64,000 nucleotides of DNA from Octopus sinensis (GCF_006345805.1 NC_042998.1:196044001-196108000), one strand, 5' to 3'. Shown: positions 12,172-24,292, counted from the first letter of the stretch. The notes: generated by a model from the letters alone, not told the origin. Translations and numbers: made by a program.

Positions 12172-12976
12172 AAGACGTTAATGATGATACAATATCGTGG
12201 GCATGGTTTGAGCGAGGTGATTTGTAGCATACCACCGAAAGCTTGATCATTACTGCACAAGACCAGGTTTTTGCAACCAATTCAGTGAAGTATAACATCT
12301 ATAAAACTTCTGACACCCAGAAATGCAGACTCTATGGTAAGAGTGTGGAAAATGCGACCCACTTGGTAAGGGGATGTGAGAGCCTTGCACGAAAAGAATA
12401 CAAGCGCCGCCACGATAAAGTGTGTGTGTATCTTCATTGGCTCTTATGCCCTAAATATCAATATGAAGTAACAGAGAACTGGTATGATCATGTACCAAGT
12501 AAAGTTATGCAGGAGGATGGAAAAGTAACAATACTCTGGGACTGTGATTTTCAGACGGATCGTGTAATTGAACACCGTCGGGTGGATATTGTCATATTGA
12601 ATAAGAGAGACAAATACTGTCAGATTATTTGATGCAGCCATACCGAATGACATGAATGTTGTGAGTAAAGAGGCTGAAAAAATCACCAAGTACTCCGAAT
12701 TGAAAGTGGAAATGGCAAGACTGTATGGAATGCGAGAGGGTAATGTAAAAGTGATATCAGTGGTGATCGGAGCGTTGGGTTCAATCCCATTGAAACTTAA
12801 AGACTTCTTAAGGGAACTCCAAATCCCATACAAGATTGGTGTCTTGCAAAAAGCAGACTTATTGGGCACAGCGCACATCTCAAGGAAAGTATTATGTCTG
12901 AGGTCCATTTTGTGATTTGACAGATGACTAAAGACTCCAGTGCATTTTTACCTACACTGTGTTATGAAGGGATAAC

Positions 12977-13012
<36 letters not shown>

Positions 13013-13030
13013 TAAATCATAATAATAAAT
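12172..13030 (+). pseudogene. 5'-truncated RLE-type non-LTR retrotransposon (R2 superfamily, Hero/NeSL-like): zinc knuckle + restriction-like endonuclease, (AAT)n tail
   Basis: Peptide IITAQDQ...CRLYGKSVENATHLVRGC...RHDKV...WDCDFQTDR...RVDIV...(D)AAIP...EKITKYSEL...VVIGALG...LLGTAHISRKVL, broken by frameshifts. Confidence 0.85.
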
Positions 13031-13656
13031 CATATTATCTCTAGCTGCCCAGCCTGGCTAAGAAGGAATATATTCACAGACATGACAGAGTTGGAACCTA
13101 CATACATTGGAAGCTATGCCAACATTATGGAATAACAACAGAAAAAAGATGGTATAGGCACACACCAGAAAAGGTCACAGAAAACGAGAAAGCAACCATA
13201 CTCTGGGATATGCCGATACACACAGATAGAGAAATTAAGGCCAACAGACCAGATATAGTTGTCAGAGATCATGAAGAAAAAAAATGCTTTCTAATTGATG
13301 TATCAATACCGGCAGATGACAACGTGTCTCTAAAAGAAATGGAGAAACTCTCAAAATACAAGACCTGGAAATAGAGGTAACTAGAATGTGGAACCTGAAA
13401 ACAGAAACAATTCCTATCATAGTAGGTGCATTAGGCATGATAAAAAAATATTCAGACAAATACATAACAAAAACACCAGGACTTACAAACACATATAACA
13501 TACAGAAAATTGCACTACTAGGCACTGCACACATCCTACGCAGAACACTTTCCATACAATAACCATCAGAGCATCACAACAAATCACAGCACATACCCAA
13601 GGCACACAGAGCTGCGCTCGGTAGTGAAGTGAAAGCACGCTATAAAAATAAAACTA

Positions 13657-13702
<46 letters not shown>

Positions 13703-13724
13703 TAATAATAATAATAATAATAAT
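13030..13724 (+). pseudogene. Second, distinct RLE-type retrotransposon 3' end with (AAT)n tail
   Basis: Hand translation NHIISSCP..KKEYIHRHDRV...WDMPIHTDREIKANRPDIV...IDVSIP...EKLSKY...IIVGALG...LLGTAHILRRTL, with frameshifts. Confidence 0.85.
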
Positions 13725-14294
13725 TGCCCTGATGCAGTACCAGGCAGTGGCTCTCATGGCTTCTGATCTTAACTGATTGGAAGTGTTATCATGTACATTG
13801 TTTTGTCTTGGTATAAAAGATGGGCTACAGCAAATATTCTGCTCAATACCACAGATTTGCTTGTCGGTTGTTTGACCGTAACCAGTTGAGCACGTCCCTT
13901 GGTGGCTGACGATATGTGCATCTCTGATCACGAGCAGAAGTAGCGAGGGAACACCATAGCCATGTGTTGAGAGGGATTCTTTGGGGTTTGAATAATTCAC
14001 CTCTGGAAACATGGGTGGTTTGTTCAACATCCTTAAACAATCCTTATTTAGGGACCTTTTGAGCGGGATGGGCTACTTGACCTGAAGAAAATTCTAACTG
14101 GGCTCCACCTGCAAGGTCATGCGTTGTTTATCTTGATATGAGATCACCATGTCGCGCACAAATGGTTGTGATGCATGTGCCTGGTGTACCCTTATCAGAC
14201 GGGTAGTCATGATGGGTATACTGGGCTTCGTATATTTTACCCCAGTGTCACTTTGATGGCATGCACTGCTCTCTCACTCAATAATAATAATAAT
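13725..14294 (+). repeat. Unclassified ~555-bp non-coding segment bounded by (AAT)n runs
   Basis: Begins directly after one (AAT)n run and ends ...ctctctcactc(aat)n; no recognisable ORF. Confidence 0.45.
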
Positions 14295-14476
14295 ACATCG
14301 AACAAATAGGGGCTTCAATAAGTGTGGAGCACTTGCAGAAAACAGCACTGCTTGGAACCGCTCGAATACTCCGGAAGGTGCTCGAAAAATAAGGGGTGTT
14401 ACTTCAGTTCACTGGTAGTGAACAGCTGACACTGTAGTACATCTCCAGCGTTAGAAGCTGTCAGATGATGATGATG

Positions 14477-14532
<56 letters not shown>
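14295..14532 (+). pseudogene. Third RLE-type retrotransposon extreme 3' end with (ATG)n(AAT)n tail
   Basis: Translates IEQIGASISVEHLQKTALLGTARILRKVLEK*, homologous to the two upstream C-termini. Confidence 0.75.
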
Positions 14533-14912
14533 CCCTCTTTTACTCTTTAACTTGTTTCAGTCATTTGACTACAGCCATGCTGGAGCACCGCCTTTAGTCG
14601 AGCAAATCGACCCCAGGACTTATTCTTTGTAAGCCTAGTACTTATTCTATCGGTCACTTTTGCCGAACCGCTAAGTTACGGGGACACACCAGCATCAGTT
14701 GTCATGCGATGTTGGGAGGATAGACACACAAACATATACACACACACACATACATATATACGATGGGCTTCTTCTAGTTTCCGTCTACCAAATCCACTCA
14801 CAAGGCTTTGGTCGGCCCGAGGCTATAGTAGAAGACACTTGCCCAAAGTGCCATGCAGTGGGACTGAACCCGGAACCATGTGGTTGGGATGCAAGCCACT
14901 TACCACACAGCC
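14533..14912 (-). mobile_element. SINE family A copy inserted in an (AAT)n tract
   Basis: (AAT)n on both sides; family sequence on the minus strand. Confidence 0.9.
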
Positions 14913-15015
14913 AATAATAATAATAATAATAATAATAAAGTAAAACAGAATTCGCAAGTTTCAATTTTTTTTCCATCTCACTGCCGATTGCTTCCGCTAA
15001 ATTTTTCACTTTCAG

Positions 15016-15125
15016 TTTGTGATCATCAATTTGATGATGAAATCCAAGATATAATGATGATAAAAAAAGAATTAAAAGCTCGGCTGCCCACGTCTTTCAA
15101 TATGGATCCACTCAATCAAAACTAG
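15016..15125 (+). CDS. Candidate terminal coding exon of an unknown host gene (CDHQFDDEIQDIMMIKKELKARLPTSFNMDPLNQN*)
   Basis: Acceptor tttttcactttcag at 15002-15015, open frame to TAG at 15123-15125, non-repetitive, AATAAA at 15300; protein not recognised. Confidence 0.3.
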
Positions 15126-15424
15126 TCTGGAGCTAATCAACGCCAACGGCTACGACCACCAATATGTAGCACTTAATGTCAATATTGACGTTTGACATTT
15201 TAAAAATATCTCAAGACTGTTTTTAGATTATTCTCCTCTGAGCAGTCATAACTGAATACCAACCGATGATCACTCAATTCGTTGGAAGACATTGCCACAA
15301 ATAAAAAAACAAAAAGAAAAGGTAAAAATAGAGAAAGAAAAGTTACAACTTTTCAGATTCGCTCTTCTTGATAAACGTTTCAGCACCAAACACGATGTGT
15401 GTCGATTTAAACCCTGGTGGATAC

Positions 15425-15650
15425 TCTCTTACTCTTTTACTTGTTTCAGTCATTTGACTGTGGCCATGCTGGAGCACCGCCTTTAGTCGAGCAAATCGAC
15501 CCTAGGACTTATTCTTTGTAAGCCTAGTACTTATTCTATTGGTCTCTTTTGCCGAACCGCTAAGTTACGGGGACGTAAACTTACCAGCATCGGTTGTCAA
15601 GCGATGTTGGGGGGACAAACACAGACACACAAACACGCACACACACACAC

Positions 15651-15694
<44 letters not shown>

Positions 15695-15851
15695 GACGGG
15701 CTTCTTTCAGTTTCCGTCTACCAAATCCACTCACAAGGCTTTAGTCGGCCCGAGGCTATAGTAGAATACACTTACCCACGGTGCCACGCAGTGGGACTGA
15801 ACCCAGAACCATGTGGTTGGTAAGCAAGCTACTTACCACACAGCCACTCCT
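15425..15851 (-). mobile_element. SINE family A copy
   Basis: Full family sequence on the minus strand. Confidence 0.9.
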
Positions 15852-16099
15852 GTTCCTACTGAATAAAAAAAAAGAGACGAAAAAACATTGATCTACTTCA
15901 CCGTGTCACGCTGAATCTTCCCCGAGAACTAAAGAGTACTTGTGTGTCTGTGGAGTGCTCAGCCACTTGCATGTTAATTTCACGAGCAGGCTGTTCCGTT
16001 GATCGGATCAACTGGGACCCTCGTCGCCGTAACCGACGGAGCGCCACGAATATTATATAATTTGTATACAATACTGTAATGATCTCATAATAAATTCAT

Positions 16100-16497
16100 A
16101 GTGGCTGTGTGGTAAGTAGCTTGCTAACCAACCACATGGTTCCGGGTTCAGTCCCACTGCGTGGCTTCTTGGGCAAGTGTCTTCTGCTATAGCCCCGGGC
16201 CGACCAATGCCTTGTGAGTGGATTTGGTAGACGGAAAGAAGCCTGTCGTATATATGTATATATATATAAGTGTGTGTGTATATGTTTGTGTGTCTGTGTT
16301 TGTCCCCCTAGCATCGCTTGACAACCGATGCTGGTGTGTTTATGTCCCCGTCACTTAGCGGTTCGGCAAAAGAGACCGACAGAATAAGTACTGGGCTTAC
16401 AAAGAATAAGTCCCGGGGTCGATTTGCTCGACTAAAGGCGGTGCTCCAGCATGGCCGCAGTCAAATGACTGAAACAAGTAAAAGAGTAAAAGAGAGT
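16100..16497 (+). mobile_element. SINE family A copy (young subfamily)
   Basis: Full family sequence with tail gcggtgctccagcatggccgcagtcaaatgactgaaacaagtaaaagag. Confidence 0.9.
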
Positions 16498-16715
16498 ATA
16501 AAGTGTCCCCCAATCCACTGCCTTCCTGCCAACACCTCCTTTTTCTCTGCTGCCGTCCCCTTAGGCACCAGTGCCCATCTGGACCGGCTCAATTTGAGAA
16601 CCCATGATCTACATGAAGACAACCGTCGCACATCAATGGGAAGTTTTTGTCTCACTGTATATCTTTATGCGTACACACACGAGTGTGTAGAAAGCTATAT
16701 ATATATATTTTTTTT

Positions 16716-17048
16716 GAGACCCCCTTCGGTCATGTGTGACCATGGGTTTGCACCTAGAGAGTTACCCTCTGAGGCACAAGTCCGGGCAAGGTTGTTTTTA
16801 TGGAAGACCAGCAGTCGCCCATGCATACCGGCCTCCCCTCTCCACGCCACCAGTGTTATCCAAGGGAAACACAAAGGTCGATACAGCTTGGCACCAGTGA
16901 CGTCGCAACTCATTTCTACAGCTGAGTGAACTGGAGCAACGTGAAATAAAGTGCTTTGCTCAAGAACACAACACGCAGCCCGGTCCGGGATTCGAGCTCA
17001 CAACCTCACGATTGTAAGCTCGACGCTCTAACCACTGAGCCATGCGCC
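16716..17048 (-). mobile_element. SINE family E (tRNA head + CORE-like segment)
   Basis: Reverse complement of the 46873-47210 family; ttgagcaa...ctttatttcacgttgctccagttcactcagctgtagaaatgag. Confidence 0.8.
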
Positions 17049-17049
17049 T

Positions 17050-17352
17050 CCTATTACTGGCATTCCGTCGGTTTCGACGACGAGTGTCCCAGTTGATCCG
17101 ATGAAAGGAACACTTTACTCGTTAAATTAACGGGCAAGTGGCTGAGTACTCCACAGACACGCGTACCCTTCACGTAGTTCTCTGGGAGATCCAGCGTGTC
17201 ACAGAATGTGATATGGCTGGTCCCTTTAAATTGCCGGTACAGCTCATCTTTGCCATCTGAGTGGACTGTAGCAACGTGAAATGAAGTGTCTTGTTCAAGG
17301 ACTCAACGCAATGCCGGAAATTGAACTCGTGACCTTACGACTGTGTTCCACG
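17050..17352 (-). mobile_element. SINE family D copy, tandem with SINE-E
   Basis: Diverged D head, body and tail on the minus strand. Confidence 0.7.
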
Positions 17353-18320
17353 TGCCTTTACAGATGTTAGATCTTCCAACAGTAAAGGCACAATATGCAC
17401 CAGACCAAACCATAACGGTTTCTGAAACAAAAGAAAAAGGGTAAAATATTAACTATATGATAATACCATTACCGCTTGTCCAGCCTCACTAACGCCATGG
17501 TAAGGGTCGTGTTAAATATGGGAGGTTTTTCTGCCGCATCCTGTATCTTGGTAGAAACTGATCATTCACTGGAACATCTATATATGACATCTAATGAAAT
17601 GTCTAACCGCACGATTTCAATGTAAACCCCTACTTCCGCTACCTGATACACAGGTACAATGGGGCTTTCCAAATATAGGTGAATGATCTGAGGGTAAAAT
17701 CTAAATTATGCATCAAGTGATCGGCTGTTACGTTTGCTATCGTCTGCTCAGACTTGTAGGGTGCGGCAAAAAAACATCCCTTATTTTACACGGCTATTAA
17801 TGAGATGCTAGCGATGTTAAACAGATTATAATGGTGTTTTGGTGCAGATAATGTTTTACCGTTTACTTTTCAATTACCATCATGGTTGAAATTGGGGTAT
17901 ATTGTTCCTTTGGTTGTTGAAACGGTTGTCAACCTTATAAACTGTGAGAATATTTTCTTTGCGCGCTGTCGTCTGAGTGGATAAAACAGACGATAGCAAA
18001 CAGATAAAAATCAGTTGTTGTTTGTTCAGTGAAAAAGGTTCATGCGAGGTTCCCAATGTTTGTTCAATTATTAAAAAGGAAGCAAAATGCTCTAATTTCG
18101 GCCACCATTTCCTATCCAACCTATTTATTTCTCTTATAAGAATACTTTAAATTCCGGTCATTTATCATAGCTTTTTTTTCTTTTTTTACTTCTGACGATA
18201 TCTTGTCTAATTTACGATAACCACACCCTTTATTACTCTAAACACACACACACACACACACTTTGTAATTCACTGAGGCATCTTTTGTGACACATTCTTT
18301 CGCTCACTTACTCACTAATT

Positions 18321-19125
<805 letters not shown>

Positions 19126-19180
19126 GGTGATGTACGTAATAGCAACGATGATGATACATTGATAGATAGGTAGATAGATA

Positions 19181-19515
19181 TTTCTTTATTAGCCACACAG
19201 GGCTGCACACAGATAGAACAAATTACAGGTAGAGCTTTTCTTTTGAAGGTATTAAAAAAAAAAAAAAAAAAAAAAAAAGGAAGGGGGAGGTTCGATCAAA
19301 AGGGATCGTAAAAGGAGAAAAGAGGACAAAAATAAGGGGGGTTAAAAAAAAAAAAAAAAAAAAAAAGGGGGGGAGAGGAAAAAAAAATGATCAATAGGGA
19401 TCGTTATCACAGAAATGTCAATATGAAGTGTAAAGGGGAGGACAGGTGAGGTTTACCCGTGGAAAGAAAAGCCTGCGGAAAAGACCACGGTAACCTCGGT
19501 CAATGAAGTCACATT

Positions 19516-19546
<31 letters not shown>

Positions 19547-21860
19547 GCAAATAAGCAACTCTCTGTTTTCGATTTCTGGGTTCATAGGACTATGCTCAAG
19601 GTGGCTTCGTCATTCATACGTGCCATTCTTGCTACATTCACCCATCTTTTTTAAAACATTCGCTAGACAAAACTTGCCTCTCTACTCTCACTTTCCTTTT
19701 CAAGTGGTACTTGAAGAAGTTGATGAGAGATTGACCAGAGAGGAAAGTGTTTGTCTCCAATCCTTTCAGACGCGTCCACCAGATACATTCTTTCGCCATA
19801 GCCACAAGGATGATGAAAATAGCTCTTCCTTCCCGTTTGAAGGAAGGAGGCGTGACAATATTGACGATAGACTCAGCTGATAAACCGACTCGTCCCACAC
19901 GTGACAGCAGTTGTTCGACATAAGCCCACAGGTCGGAAATTGTTGGACACTGAACGAGTGCGTGCAGAACGGTTTCGTCGCTCTGACCGCATCTCGGGCA
20001 GGTCGGCCCCGTGTTTCTCGAGCCGTGTCTGTAGAGCTTATCCCGAACGGGTAGCGCTTCTCGGTAGCACTGCCAGGCCAGGGATCTCTGGAAGTTGTCC
20101 ATGGGCCCTGGCCCGAAAGTCGTCCCGAACAGGCGGGTCAGGTACTCCTCGTCGACGTCCAGGTTCGCCCCGAGCTCGTCGTCGTACCTCCCCTCCACTA
20201 AACCCCTATAGAATGCTTTGGTTGTGTTGAAGTCACTTAAGGTCGACCCAGGACGGCAGAGTTGCTTGAGAGCAACGCGACACTCGCGGTGCCATTCGCC
20301 CTTCCTCGGCCTCTTTTTGATCCACGACTGCAGTTCGGTCATGGAGACGAGCTGCGGGAAAGCGTGCCTCACAAACGGCGACCACACCTGTTCACCGTCG
20401 TCTACATAGAGCCAGAGATGTCGCAGTCTCAGCGCGTGTCTGCGCATCATCAACCACGGCATGCCCAGCCCTCCTTTTAACGGGTGTTGACAGCAAATGG
20501 ATCGCCTGACCATCGGGACGCATCCTTTCCACAAGAAGCGAAAGAGGATGGTTGTAGTTTGGTGATGGTAGGGTCGGGACAAGGTACGACGGTCAGGCGG
20601 TAGTAGATGACGGACGCGATGTACGTGTTCGCCACCTCCGCTCGACCTTTTAGGGACAGTTTCCTCTCGGCCCATTGCCGGGCGAGAGTGACCACCCTAC
20701 TCGTTATCTCGTTCCAGTTCTTCTCCACTTGGAGGTCCGGACCAAACCAGACCCCGAGCAACTCAACCGGGCCGTCGGTCCAGCGTCCCACGACGGAGGC
20801 GCTGGTGGACGGCATGGGCTTGCTTCTCCAGGTGCCTAGTCGCAAGCCCACTGACTTTTCCCGGTTGATTTTCGCTCCTGTCACCGCTTCGTAGTTTTTC
20901 AGTGTCTCGCCGACCAGCTCGATGTGCTCGTGGCTAGACACTATGACGGTGACGTCGTCCGCGTATGCAGACACGCTCGTCCCGCATCCCAATTCTCGCG
21001 GGATGCCCCTTAGAGTCGCCAGCTTCCGCAGTAGTGGCTCAAGAGTCAATACGTATAGAAGCGCCGAGAGGGGGCATCCCTGACGGACCGAACGTGCAAT
21101 GTCGAAAGGTCTCGATAGATGTCCATTTACGCGAATTACCGAACGGATGCCTCTGTACAAGGCAGCTATCCAGCCGCGGAAGACGGGACCGAAACCAGCC
21201 GCTCTCAGGACTGCCTCCAAGTATCGATGGTCTACCCTATCAAAGGCTTTTGATTGATCCAAGTTGATCAGGGCCCCACCCATGCCAGGTTCGTTAACTA
21301 CCCTGTCTATGATGTAGCGCATCAGATGGAGGTTGTCATGGATGGTCCGGCCTGGCACGGCGCATGTTTGCGCCTTGTCGACCAGTTTCTCGATGACAAG
21401 CGCCAACCTCTTGGCTAGCACCTTGGCCAAAATTTTCAAGTCTGCATTAAGCAGAGTGATGGGCCTAAAGTTATCTATTACATTTCCCTTGTTTAGATCT
21501 TTCTTCAGCAGTGTTACGGCTCCTCGGCTCCGACTAAAACCAGGAATGCTCCCGTTTTGCTGCCAGTTGCAGTACACCGCCGCCAAGAGATCTCCAAACA
21601 AGTCTGGCATACAATTGTAAAGCTCGTAGGGTAGACCATCCAAACCCGGTGATTTGTCCCTCGAGCATTCTGCCATCGCTTCCCGCACTTCCGCCGCCGT
21701 GATGGCACCTTCGCAGCACCCTGCCTTTCTTGTCGAGAGTCGTGGTAGGCTATGTAGGTAGGCACTGAAGTCCACCCTACGTTCTTGCCCTCCACTCGTT
21801 CCGAACAGTCGGGCAAAATGCTGCTGAAAGGCCTCACACATTTTACTTGGCTCGAGCAAA
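19181..21860 (-). mobile_element. 5'-truncated Tx1/L1-clade LINE inserted in (GATA)n, ~21-bp TSD
   Basis: GC-rich; flanks tgatagataggtagatagata (19160-19180) and tgatagatagatagatagata (21861-21881); 3' end ...gccctgtgtggctaataaagaaa. Confidence 0.9.
19582..21859 (-). pseudogene. Tx1/L1 ORF2 remnant: reverse transcriptase + zf-RVT C-terminus
   Basis: Motifs FRPITLLNADLKILAKVLAKRL, LDQSKAFDRVDH, SVRQGCPLS, YADD, CPRCGQSDETVLHALVQC; only two apparent 1-nt frameshifts (about 20550, and an A-run near 19640). Confidence 0.9.
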
Positions 21861-21952
21861 TGATAGATAGATAGATAGATACAAACACACCCATATATAC
21901 ATACATATTCAATTTCATTGTAGTTATAATGTTAGCTCATTAAAAAGTCTTG

Positions 21953-22017
21953 GGCAATCTTTCGGTATTAGTAGACGCAACGTGAATGACGTTGTCTACC
22001 AATACCGAAAGATTGCC
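21953..22017. mobile_element. 65-bp hairpin, minimal MITE of the GGCG/GGCA-TIR family
   Basis: ggcaatctttcggtattagtagac...gtctaccaataccgaaagattgcc; termini resemble those of 6428-6620 and 38355-38572; degenerate 8-bp flanks (5/8 match). Confidence 0.55.
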
Positions 22018-22369
22018 AAATTTCGGGCCTAACTTAACTAAATATCCTTCATGTAGAAGGCCGCACTGAGAAATTTCCACATTGCCCTCCCATTTGTCAA
22101 TATATTTGTTAATTAGTTTTGTCTGGAGAAATGTTATCAGTGTTGAGTGGTACTGTTGAGTGTCGAGTGGAACTATCGGGTGTTGAGTGATAGTGTTGAG
22201 TGTAGAGTTGGTACGTCAAGTGTGGTTAATTTCTAGGTCGCCGCTGAACGAACAAATCTTTGATCAAAGGCTTTGCTGTCGCTGACATGTCTGTCTGTCT
22301 GTCTGTCTGTCTATTTATTTATTAAACTACATTATTCAGTGAACCATTCTATGTTTGAGACAACAGTGA

Positions 22370-22790
22370 TTTGACGCAGATTTGGCTGTTTCTAGCTGAC
22401 CCTTCGGTCACATAGGCTACCCCCTCGATGGAGTGGTGTTGCCTGCTGTTCCAAGCATGCCCTGTGATTATTTGCCAACACTACCCTACCAATGAGAATT
22501 GGTAAGGTGTTGGCTGCTGTTTCTAGTGAGCCTTAAGATCACACAGAAACACCCGCATTCTTAGGATGCTGGCTGCCGTTTCTAGCAAGTCCTGTGATCA
22601 AATAGAGACACTCTTGTTGGTAGGATATCGACTGCTGTTTCTGGCACCCTCTTTGGTAAGGTGTTGACTGTTGCTTCTAGTAGGTCTAGCGACCATATAG
22701 AAGCACTTACGTTTGTAAGTTGTTGGCTGCTGTTTTTAGCATACCTCATGATCACATAGACACCTTTATTAGAAGAAGACCTATGATGAA
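22370..22790. repeat. Degenerate ~60-bp tandem array (ggctgctgtttctag...gatcacatag core)
   Basis: About 7 imperfect units visible. Confidence 0.6.
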
Positions 22791-23169
22791 AGACGTTCCA
22801 CCCATGGTCATCACGTTTTTTTCTTCTCAGACAGCATTAACCAGTGTGTTCCAGCGGAGTTTTGGAATAGCTGTCCTTCGAAGTCACTAGTCTTATGAAA
22901 AAGGAATAAGGGTACAAAACTGGGGAACAAAAATGTAAAACAAAAATTGAAATTTTCGAAAGATTTTGATAATTCCATTTGTATGAATAATTGAAGAGAT
23001 GGCGGCGTGGGTTTCCGCCCCGACATCCGAAACTCGGAGTTTTATCATGGCTACCGAATAATTGCCACATATTACATTTACAGATAAATTCCTCTAATTA
23101 CATAATATCGAGGTCTCTTTCATTCTTTTGTTGTCTTACCATTTCTATCAATATATATATATATATATA

Positions 23170-23365
23170 TAAATGTGACCTCGTGTGTACCGTTTTCCTC
23201 TGTCTTCCCTTCTCTGGATCTTTCCTTCTCCTATGTTTCCGACGAAGAGCTCCGCTCGAAACGTTAAACCCTCCTTCTTCCCTTCCTTCCTGAGCGTCCA
23301 ATAATACTAGATTTGTTCCACGTCCTCGCGTTGTTGTGTTTTTTTTGTGCTTTCTGTTTTGATAA
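23170..23365 (+). mobile_element. Penelope-type pLTR fragment (inverted copy at 27160-27370)
   Basis: ccgacgaagagctccgctcgaaacgtt...cgtc hammerhead-like motif. Confidence 0.55.
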
Positions 23366-23445
23366 CTATATATATATATATGTATGTATGTATATATGTA
23401 TGTGTGTGTGGGTGTGGTGTGTATATATATATATAATATATATAT

Positions 23446-23476
<31 letters not shown>

Positions 23477-23485
23477 TGTGTGTGT

Positions 23486-23535
<50 letters not shown>

Positions 23536-23814
23536 GGACGAGCTTCTTCCAGTTTCCGTCTACCAAATCCACACACGGGCCATAATAGAAGACACTTGCC
23601 CAAGGTGCAACACAGTGGGACTGAACCCGGAACCATGTAGTTGGAAAGCGAGCTTCTTAGCACATAGGCACACCTGCGTCTATTTACGAAGTTTTATTCT
23701 AGGAAAAAAAAGTTGAAGATGAATGGACGACAGACATTCCTTTACATAAGATCGAAGGGTTCGCCGACATATTTAATTATACGAAACAGTATGACATACC
23801 TTGACAGATTTTAT

Positions 23815-24260
23815 TTCCACCACCACCACCAGCACCACCATTACTATGAACCATTGAATCCCATTACAAACACCGATAGCATTAGGATGAACACCCAGCA
23901 CCACCAGCACCACCACCATCATCATCACCACCACCACCACCACCGCCGCCGCCACCACCACCACCACCACCATCATCATCACCACCACCACCACCACCAC
24001 CACCGCCGCCGCCACCACCACAATCACCACCACCACCACCACCACCACCACCACAACCGTCGCCGCCGCCGCCATCGCGCCGCCGCCACCATTATGATTC
24101 CGCTATCATTTGCTTCCTTCATTTCTACCCCTCACCCCCGATACCCATTATTACTTTACTGTCATTACTAAAGCTCCTACCCCCGTTAATAGCCTTCACG
24201 GCACACACACAGCACACACACATACACACACAGCACACAGCACACTCACACACACACAGT

Positions 24261-24292
<32 letters not shown>

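Noticed and set aside
16318-16929. Recurrent ORFs beginning MTTDAGVF (also 11694, 43635, 44504)
   Set aside because: Chance open frames in the SINE-A 3' half
19901-21620. Plus-strand ORFs overlapping the LINE
   Set aside because: Antisense shadows of a GC-rich RT gene
23713-24171. Poly-His ORF
   Set aside because: (CAC/CAT)n low-complexity DNA with no splice or domain context
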